Of a DNA stretch of 42,130 nt, positions 33,154 through 42,130 are shown piece after piece. The translations under genes and the position numbers were made by a program. Position 1 is the first letter of the stretch, and every line of letters starts with the position of its first letter. This DNA comes from Saprolegnia diclina VS20 (taxonomy: Eukaryota): positions 650,497-692,626 of the forward strand of contig NW_008246096.1 of assembly GCF_000281045.1 (NCBI RefSeq), given 5' to 3'. Below the pieces are notes generated by a model. That model worked only from the letters and a program-made list of their open reading frames with translations. It did not search any database and was not told where the DNA came from.

Positions 33154-34200
33154 CTAGATGTCTTGCATCATGGGAGAGAGGTCCGGACGGCGCGCGCCGA
33201 CGACGAAGAAGTCGGACTCACGCCACGCCACGTCAATGTCTTCAAACCCGACGCTCTCGAGCCACTTCATTTGGACAAAGACGCTTGCCATGCCCACGTG
33301 GTCGCCCATGATAATGTGGCCGCCAGGCACGAGCGAGTCGAAGAGGAGCTGGAAAATGCGCAAGTGCGCATCCGTGATCGACTCGAGCTCCTTTTGGTCC
33401 GGCGCGTAGTGGTCCGGCTTCTCGACGAGCACGTGCACGGCGAGCGAGGCCGTAATGGCGTCAAAAGGCCCCTTCTCGAGCACCGCGACCTCGTTCAAGT
33501 TGATGGTGCAGTAGCTGTGCCGGTGGTACTGGCTCAAGCGCCTCGCCGCCAACTGCTGGCGCTCGAGCGACTGGTCGAAGAGCACAACCTGCGCGTCCGG
33601 GTACGCTTCGAGCACCTTCTCGGCGCAGAGGCCGCTGCCGGCACAGAGGTCGGCGACCTTGGAAGTTTCGCCCAGCGGTGGAAGCGCATAGACCATCTGC
33701 TCGAGCATCTTGGGCACAAGGGGCAGCCGTCGCACAAGCTGGAGGTCGTACCAACGCGCATCGCCCCAGAAGCCTGCCTGTGGCTGGTGCGCGCGGTAGA
33801 GGTTACGCAGCCACGAGGTCGGCGCGACGGACCCGTCCGGCTCGCTCGTGGCGCCGGGGACCATGGCTCTGGCCTTCGTCCGTGGATGCTTGGCCGGGCG
33901 CGGCGTAGGCGTAAGGTAATCCTTCGGGACATTTTCGACGTACGGGCACTTGCCGAGGTGGTTGCGCATGAGCTGGAGGCGGGACACGATGGCCTTGGGC
34001 TCTGGCGCGCCCAGCGCACCGTGGACGCCGGTCTCAAGCTGCGTCTGGTGGGCGGCCCGGCAGGCCTTGCACTCGACGTACCAGTAGCTGTGGTACTTCT
34101 CGCGGTTCACGAGCTTGGTGAAGAAGCGCCAGATATCATCGTTCTTGTGGGCGCCGCCTTCGCGTACGTACGCCATCGCTTCTTCCCCCGTCACTGCCAT
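33154..34200 (-). CDS. Class I SAM-dependent methyltransferase fused to an N-terminal BED-type zinc finger (348 aa, intronless)
   Basis: N-terminus DDIWRFF...YVECKAC...LMRNHLGKC. C-terminus KVADLCAGSG, VVLFDQS, GPFDAITASLAVH, LVPGGHIIMGD and WLESVGFEDID. Confidence 0.85.
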   Translation of the reverse strand: MAVTGEEAMAYVREGGAHKNDDIWRFFTKLVNREKYHSYWYVECKACRAAHQTQLETGVHGALGAPEPKAIVSRLQLMRNHLGKCPYVENVPKDYLTPTPRPAKHPRTKARAMVPGATSEPDGSVAPTSWLRNLYRAHQPQAGFWGDARWYDLQLVRRLPLVPKMLEQMVYALPPLGETSKVADLCAGSGLCAEKVLEAYPDAQVVLFDQSLERQQLAARRLSQYHRHSYCTINLNEVAVLEKGPFDAITASLAVHVLVEKPDHYAPDQKELESITDAHLRIFQLLFDSLVPGGHIIMGDHVGMASVFVQMKWLESVGFEDIDVAWRESDFFVVGARRPDLSPMMQDI

Positions 34201-34496
34201 GGATTGGGCAAAATGCAACGCGAATCTGGTCGCGATTGGATTGCGCAACGATTATTACACAAAATTCCACCAATCACATCTCGTCCACCACCTGCGACGC
34301 CGTCCCCTCCCCGCAGCGATCTGTCACAACGATGCACCTCTCGAGAAGAAGACCCATTTCCGTCCGTCCCCATCGCGTGTACACGGAACGATTGACGCGG
34401 CCACGGAGCTCGCTGGATCGCTGGGCAGGATCCGGGCACGAGTTGTTGTTGATTGGCTAAAATGTAGACAAAATTCAACTCAGCGATTGGCTTCTT

Positions 34497-36923
34497 TTAG
34501 CCCAATAGTGATAGCGGACACCCTTCGTGATCGACTTGTTCTTGGCGGCGGGATTTGGCGAGCTCATGCTTGCGCTCGCGCTCGGCCTTGACTTTGATCT
34601 GCTTCTCGAGTTTGGCCTGGGCGATGCGCTCTTGGCGGCTCGGCTCATCGATGGTTGTCGCCAGCGGCCCCAGCTGCAAGGGCAGCAGCGACGACAAGCC
34701 AGGTGCGTGCTGCAGCTTACGCTCCACCAGGGCGACCTTTTGTCGACGCTTGCGATCCTGGGATTGCGCTCGGTTCAAGTCCCGCGTCACTTGGGCTTGA
34801 GCGAGACGCGCTGCAGTGGGTGAGAGTGATAGCTCCATCGATCCGAGTGCAGGCAAGCGGAGGCGCGAGGAGGACGCATCGTCCTCGACACGGTTGTCGC
34901 TGGTGACGATCGCTCCTTTAAAGGCGCTGGCCATGTGAGGTAGCACACGCGTCGTCTTTTTCAGCCGATGACCAGGCGGCGTTCCGGGTTGTGTGGGTGC
35001 GTGACAGGCGCTTGCCGTCACGATGCCCGCAAGGTCGTTCTCTTGTTGGTTGCTTGTTGAAAGTGGCTTGAGCGGATGGGGCTTGTGCTTGCGCGCACGG
35101 TCAGTACTTTGTGGCTCCGCCGGCCTTCGAATCTAAACGGTACCAGCACTGTAAGAGGCTGCTGCGACTTGTAGCGTACTACGCCAGTGAGTGGTTCGAT
35201 CGCGCCGTTCGGCTTTTTCATCAGCGACACGACCGACATGAGTCCAATTGGTGGCAACGCAGTCTACGCGCTACTGAGAAAAGGATTCGAACGAGAGAGG
35301 TACCGAGGATGCTGCTGGCTCGGTTTTGCGCTCTTTCTTCGCCAAGGCACCTGCCTCGTTGACTAGGCCTGGAAAAAGCACATGGGGGCAGTGCTCGATC
35401 GGACAGTGGTATTTTTGAGCTAGGACATGCTGCAGCAAGCAGCTCTCATGGAACGTGTGCTACAGAGATTGAGAAAGATACATTGTCAAGACAAAGTCGA
35501 ATACATGACACGGTAGTTGGCGTATGTCCATCGACATCCGCAGGCCTTGCGTACACAGTATACACCAGTTGCTCACGTCGGGACTCGCAGGTGTCCACGC
35601 TTTCGCTTGTGCAGCACCGAGCTAAGTCGGTTGAGGCAACCAAACAATCGAGCAGCGCGCACCTTGTCGCCGACCAGATTGGCCATGAGATAGTCTTGTA
35701 GTGGGTACTTTTCGGCTGCATCAAGCTACGAGATGGGAAAACTATAGACGACACGACGAGGTTCTCAAAAAGAGACTTCGCAGAGAAGGTCATAGTCGGC
35801 GTGCGAAAGCTCTCGGCCCTCAAGGTCGTTTATCGCTTGAGGACTTAGTAGAGCGTCACGGAGTGACCGCAGCGCTGGAAACCACGTGCCTTTGTGCGTT
35901 TTGCGTAGCACAAACGAGTGCTTGGCATGGGCATTGCTCTCTACAAGGGTATGAATGGCGTCTCGTACGTCAAATACGTCTTGAATCATACTAAAGCAAC
36001 GCTCGCAGAGGTCCGTGTGCTTGCACTGGAGACAGCGGTATCGGTTGCAGCGAATTGGCTTGGTCTGGCACTGTTTGCACGTCGTGCCAGTGTGCACGAG
36101 TGGGTTGCGGTTCGATATGTCGGCTTCCTTCTTGAGCTCCGTGAGTGCCGAGTCCCCCCAGTCGTGGCGGCACAGTGGACAGCTAATCGGCTCTTTCGAT
36201 TGTTTCCGGCTCTCCCCAAACACCTTCACTGAAGGAATGTGAGCCTATCTATGTTGTCTCGCCATAGAGAGATAGAGGCGCGTACTGCAGTCGATGTGGA
36301 AGTTGTTGCCACAGCCGTGCTTGCAGTACGTGAGGTTTTTCTCGCTCTCGACCATTTCTTCTTGGCAAATCGCACACACTTCACCCTCAACAAGCGCATG
36401 GCGGGTCGCGACTTGTTTTTTTGTCGTCTCGTCGACTTCGGGTGTCTCGGGGGCCAACTTTCGGCGCAAGAAAGCAGGTTTCGCGCGCGCATTCGTTTCT
36501 TCACTGTACCCACCGCTGAGGAGCGTTGTAATCTACGATTCGTTCACGTTAATCCTCGCAGGCACCTACGATTCGTACGCACGGTACCTCTGAATCAATG
36601 AGCGACTTTTGCCACACGACGGGGTTGGTCCGTGGCACGCGCAGTATCTTCAACATAACAAAGAGAAGGTGACAACACACATCTTTGTCGCCGCACGTGC
36701 ACGACTGAACTGCACCGATGAGCACGCGGTACTTAGTGGAGCTATTTTGCTCCTGGATCTACGAGACGAGAATGACGCTATGTAACTTCTTGAGGTGACG
36801 AACGACATAGTTGGTCGGGCCTGTTGTTTGAACGAGATACATGGTGCGCCCGATCGTGTCGTCAATCTTGGCACGAATCGCGTCAGGTACCTTTCCACGG
36901 TACAGAACGAGTCTTGCCGCCAT
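34497..36923 (-). CDS. ZSWIM2/MEX-like E3 ubiquitin ligase (SWIM + RING + ZZ, C-terminal coiled coil); 3' end uncertain
   Basis: MYLVQTTGPTNYV; SWIM SCTCGDKDVCCHLLFVMLK; RING CAICQEEM..YCKHGCGNNFHIDC..CPLCRHDW; ZZ CKQC..IRCNRYRCLQC..DLCERCF; REL..ADYDLL. A last exon may extend beyond 34497. Confidence 0.85.
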
Positions 36924-37255
36924 GTTTCGACTCTCGGCTTTACAAAACGCCAGTGAAACCACTGTTGCATGCATTTTCACTCTCGTGCGCAGCAAATCGA
37001 TCAAGCGAGCTCTTTACAATCGAGCTGCAACTTGCAAGCTCGTCATAAGAAAGGTCGCGCGTACAAGTGCTCGGAGGATTCGACGACGTCACATGATGCT
37101 TCTCTCACCTTAGACCATAAACACTGACTTGGCGTCGCATTTTGTACTCTTCAACGTGTTCAGTATCGGCACGAGCAATACACCTGATTTGAACACATTT
37201 GTTTTGAAATGCGAGTTGTTGTGAAATGAGTATGCATGTAGTAGTAATTCGCTCC

Positions 37256-40200
37256 TCACTCCATGTTTAAGATTTGCTTTTGGCGCGCGACGAGCGGCTT
37301 CCGGCGCTTCCGACGCTTGGACTTGGTGCCGTAGCTAGCGTCAAAGTCGGCAGGTGCGGTGACAGGCGCGGCGTCAACGGGCGTGGCGGTCTCGCTTCCG
37401 ATGGGCGCAAACACAATTCGATTGCCTCGCGAGTCTTCGTTGACTGCGCGGACAGTCATAGGCGCCTGCATCGGCTCAACGTCCTTGGGCGCATCGTCGA
37501 CAGCCGGCAGTTTGGAACTGGCCTCGGCGCTTGCCAGCAACGGGTTGCGCAAGAGGAAGAGTCGGTAGTTTTCGGCTTCTATCCATTGCACGAGTGCATC
37601 GTAGCCGTCCAGCGGCACGCCCATGATGAAATCCCACGGACGCCATGCGTCCTGCTCACACTCGGACGGCCACCACGACGGAAAATCGCCGTCGCCATAG
37701 TCGATGCGTTGGTGATAGTAGTTGTACAGCTTACGCATCATGTGCGCGTGGCGTTTCCCATGTCCATGGATCCGGTCCGAGCACTAGAAACGAATGGATT
37801 CAGGGTCGCACGGCTCAGCGACGTGCAGTACCGGCAGGCAAAAATATTCGCCGCAGTGGGCGCACTCAACCTCGGCACTCGATGCGTTTTCTATATATCG
37901 AGGTATCATTGGCACTTGTGTTGGACAAGAGCACACGCCGTACCGCATTGATCGCACTTGGGCTGTGGCAGCTCGGTCAAAAGCTCGCCCGGCATGCGCC
38001 ATCGCACATCATAGTTGAGCTGGTTCTACAACACACCAATCGCATCCTAGAAATCATTTTGCTAGTGTCCGCACGTAGTAGTATGGAGCCCCGGCGCCTT
38101 TCTCGAGCGAGTTGTCAATGTCAATCATATGCTTCCACGCGGTGCGGCGCGCTTCCTTGAGCGCTTCAAGAGTCTTGCGCGCTTGGTGGCGCCGGTAGTG
38201 GCACTGCACAACCTGCGCCGCCCAAAAAAGCATGGCTTCGTCGCGTTGCTTCAGAGCGAGGAGCGCATTCAGCTGCACCCGCGCTACCCGCCGCTCAAGC
38301 ACGTGGGTCCACCACAAGCTAAGGCGCTTCGCCGCTGTGCCTTGTTGCGTATGTAGCTGACGGCGAAGCTCGAGCTCCCAAACGCGCTGCAAAAAGGTCT
38401 TGCGGTCCCGCCATTGTCTTTGAATGTATGTAGCGGCCGCGTCTTCGTCTCGACGGCGCTGGGCCTACTCATCAATTCTGTGTGAGGCCGCCATGCAACA
38501 AACGCCTGCATTTTTTTTTTCGCACCATGCGAAGAACGCCCAGAAAATTACGTCCTTGACGAGCACGCCACACCGATTGCATCTTCATGGCACTATGGTG
38601 GAAAAGCGCCAAATGCTCTCGGCGCGCAGCAAGCTGACGCCGAGCGAGGCGCTGGCGGTACTGAGACTGCAGTGTGATCGCAGCAGCCTGCTCTTCAGAC
38701 GAGCGCATCAGATCGTGTTGCCGTCGGCGCGCCGCCTCCTGACGGGCGCGTCGGCCCCGCAGCAGTGCCTATATGACAGCGTCAGGTAATGCCTCGTTTT
38801 ATGCTAAAGAGGTAAGATGTTACCTGCAGCTGCGTGGCCGACTCTTCCTGAGCGGCGTCCTGCGCCTTCTTGGCCGCATGGGCAAGCATGTAGCGTCGCC
38901 GGCCGGTGATGCCCCGCCATCGGCGCTGCATGACCACGGCAGCGCGGTGCTGCTTTTTGCTCGACCGAACATGGGCTGCTAGAGCAATTTTTGCAATACG
39001 CGAGCGCCGTGTTGCTCGAAATCTAGAAATATTGTCACCCTCAATAGCGATGAATGAAATGCGAGCTTTGCGTACTGGCGCTGCACGAAGATGGCCGCTT
39101 CAATGCAGCGCTTCTCCAGTAGTGCATCATACTCGTCCTGTGCGTGTTTCTTATTGCGACAGGCTCGGAAGCAGCGCTATTTCTCTTCATGGACGACTTT
39201 ATACTATCAGCACAGATTTACCTGAATCTTCGTGGCCATGCGGTGATCGCCGCTTTGAAGAAGTTTTTCCAAGAGCGCCTTGCGACGCCCACGCCGACCG
39301 CGAAATAAGCTTTGAATACGGCACACAACCACGTGCTGCTTGTGCGCCTCTTGGGCAGCCGCAAACGCCATGCGCGACTGCCGCTGCCGAAATGTGTTCT
39401 ATCAAAACAATTCTTGGAAATGGGAAAAATATAGTCGCGGCGTTGGTACTTGGATTTTGATAGCTGCCAAGATGAGCTGGCCCGCGACATCAATCTCTCG
39501 GCGCTCTTTGGCGCGGTGTGCGGGAAAGACACCAAGCTCGGACGATGTCGACCGAAACACGGTATATGGCCACGACGTCTTGAGTGCAAAAAGCGCACGC
39601 GACGACATACCGCAACCCTATTTATTGACATGACAATGAACTTTGCAACAAAAAACTGGCGAGCTCGCACGTGTAAACTCAGCGTGAGTAGGGTAGAGCA
39701 GGCAAACGCCAACTGGTTCACGAACTCATCGGTGACGAGCGAACACCCATTGAGGATCAAATGTGAAAGAGCAGGCGTTGGGTTCCGAAAAGATTGAATA
39801 AACGCAAGCAAGCCGACGTCCGTAACATGGGAGCATCCTACGCACGCCAATACTCTCATCGAATGGAACATTGTTTGGCAAAAATACCGCTGAGGTTGAG
39901 CACCACGAGCTGATCCGAGAGGCGTGCGAGATGCCGGATACCGAGGTCTGTGATGCGGTCGCAAGAGGCTAGCGTGAGCTCTTTTAGATGCGACGACGAC
40001 GTAGCAATGTCGTGAAGCACAAGGTTGCTTGTCAGTGCGACGTTTGACAGGTCGAGAGTCTCGAGCTTCGGGCAGCCGTGGAGCAGGTGGCTAATACCGC
40101 ATGGTGTTGTGTTGTAGCAGCCTTTTAAGCTGACTTTCACAAGCTCGCGGCACCCAGCGCCCAGGCTCTTGAGTGCTCGCTAGTAGCACAATTCTTCGTT

Positions 40201-42123
40201 CAGATAATGTAACATGTATGCGTTTAGCCTACCTCGACGACTTGAAAGCATCCAGCAAGATCGAGCTCTGACAACTCTACAAGAATATAGGCATGGAAAT
40301 AAGATGATGATGAAAGTTTGTGCAATACGTACGCGGGCATGTGGCGGCGACGGCCTGAAGACCCTCAAGACCAAAATTTCGCATGACACCATCCGAAATC
40401 AGGTACAACTGGCGCAGACTCAAGACTTTCAAATGTGGGCATCCTTCTGAGACGAATCGAAGGCCGACGTCCGAAACGTTCTTGGCGTGACCGATGCGGA
40501 GCGTATGGAGACTGGGTGCGTTGGCTCCAATGCTTCGAAGACCTTCGTCCGTGAGCTTGAAGCAGTACGTGAGGTCTAGCGACTCAAGGTGCGAGCACCC
40601 TTGCACGAGCCATGCAATACCAACGTCTGACACAAATGTGCATCCTGAGACGTTAAGAACCTAGAGTACGTAAGATGACGTTCGAAGATGTTAGGGTAGA
40701 CCCGCAGCTTGGGGCAGTGCTCGCCGAGCGAGAGACATGAAATATCGGTAACGCGCTCGTTGACGCGACCTTTTTGCGTCGCAACAAGCAGCGTTTCAAG
40801 GCGCGTGCAATACTGAGCAACGCTAACGACGCCCGTGTCGGATACCTAAAGCAGGATGTAGGCATACTCGACCATAAGGAGAATGTTTGCAGTCGTACTT
40901 GAGAGCAGAACGAAATGTTTAGGAACGTAAGTTGTCGGCACTGGAAGCCAAGCGTTTTGAGTGTCGTGTCAGCAACCTATACCCCAACGAAGATCGACGA
41001 GGTCATATCTTGTGGGCATTCGTACTTGTGCGCAACCTGCCACGTCCAAGTGCTCCAGGTGCTGAAAGTTGTAGAACAGCCGCACGAGAACCCACTCATC
41101 AAGGTGGCTGCAGTTCGCAATGGACAAGCCTAATGTTGCGTGAGAAGAACCATTTCCGGCAGCACGTATGGTGCTTACGGCGCATGTTTGTGCAGTGGTC
41201 ACTAATGGCTCCAAGACCAGCTCCGGCAACGCCCGTGCAGCCAGAGATGTTGAGTGTTCTCAGGGTAGAGCAGTGTAGCGCGAGCGTGCGCATACCTGCG
41301 TCCGACACCTACACATCTCCAGTGAGCAATCCAAATCCGTGGCGCTGGTATGACCTTGATCGCATTCGCAATTTCAAGGCACTCGAGGCGGCGCACGGCT
41401 TCTGCAATGGCAAAGATGCCAATGTCGGTCAAGGCTTCCATGCCGTTGGCAATTATGCTAGTGGTGTCCTCGTTGTTTTGAAAGGATTCGGGACGAAGTG
41501 CGCTTCCTATGCGACGTGAGTTTCTATCGACCATTCGTAGTGCTAATACGCACTAGCGCGCAAATTTCGTATGCGAGTATTGTGTGCTGCAATCTTGACA
41601 AAGGTGTCGTCCGTTGCCAAGAGTGTCCACTTGGAAATGTGGATCTGAGGTCGGTGCAACAATTGCAACGGGAAAAAGTTGGATGTCCCTTCAAGGCTCA
41701 GACCTGGTGCGCTTGGCTTTTTTGAGGCCAGGGTTGGCGCCGGGACAATAACTCGAGCGTCGCGCGTCCCCAAGACCTCTCTGTGGCGACGTCAATAAAA
41801 CAAACATATACGACTGCGTACCTCCACGCCACTTTGAACTGCACAGCTCGGTCATCGTCTTGATTGCCTCGTGCTTTTGGAATTGCAGTGAGAAGACGCA
41901 TGTGACTGAGCTTTTCATGGGGCTCTTGACTTCTTGTCTGCGGACGAGGCACACTGCCGCCCAATGCGGCAAGCTTGACTTGAGGGCGCTTGTAGATTCG
42001 CTTCGACGCGCGCTTTTGACTACGAGCAGCATGCACCGGGTAAGTACGCCATGACACAGCTCAAACAGACCCTTTGCGATCCGCGTTCGTAATGTCGTGG
42101 TAAAAGTCTTCGAGTAAGCCCAT
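37256..42123 (-). CDS. Large multi-exon protein: FBXL/AMN1-type cysteine-containing LRRs, multiple IQ motifs, WW domain and Cys-rich finger
   Basis: Start MGLLEDFYHD at 42123. LRRs such as HCSTLRTLNISGCTGV, GCSHLESLDLTYCFKLTDEGL and LKELTLASCDRITDLG. IQ-like CRIQSLFRGRRGRR, AITLQSQYRQRLARR, MKMQSVWRARQGR and QVVQCHYRRHQAR. WW-like WKHMIDIDNSLEKGAGAPYYY. Final exon is ORF 37256-37741. Confidence 0.8.
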
Positions 42124-42130
42124 CGCCCTC

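Noticed and set aside
1..42130. CRISPR arrays, rRNA, intact tRNA or snRNA genes, transposase or reverse transcriptase ORFs
   Set aside because: None seen. Long ORFs are explained by host genes and no repeat-spacer pattern is present.

Overview
Gene-dense eukaryotic genomic DNA with very short (about 40-60 nt) GT-AG introns, GC-rich coding regions and two N-gaps (28918-29017, 29731-29860). These traits and the protein content fit an oomycete, probably Saprolegniales; the taxon is inferred, not shown. About 17 protein-coding genes can be traced. Clearly recognisable: EMC1, SMC1, YJU2/CCDC94, GET3/ASNA1, a PPEF/RdgC phosphatase, a C8orf82/UPF0598 homologue, an IFT25-like protein, a TTC9-like TPR protein, a DUF726/TMCO4-like hydrolase, a ZSWIM2-like E3 ligase and a multi-pass class-3 lipase. 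Also present: two large IQ/WW proteins, a tectonin-like propeller, a small ubiquitin-like protein, a BED-finger/methyltransferase fusion, an intronless orphan membrane protein and a possible 81-aa microprotein. The least ordinary stretch is about 25.4-29.9 kb. It holds a tRNA remnant lacking its anticodon arm, the orphan gene, and a duplicated segment. One copy of that segment carries a 364-bp hairpin-rich insertion between 5-bp direct repeats, and the other copy shows the empty site. No CRISPR array, rRNA or intact transposase was seen. Gene models were spliced by eye and multi-exon CDS coordinates are outer spans. I found no clearly demonstrable novel multi-gene system. The best leads are the structured insertion and the BED-methyltransferase fusion.
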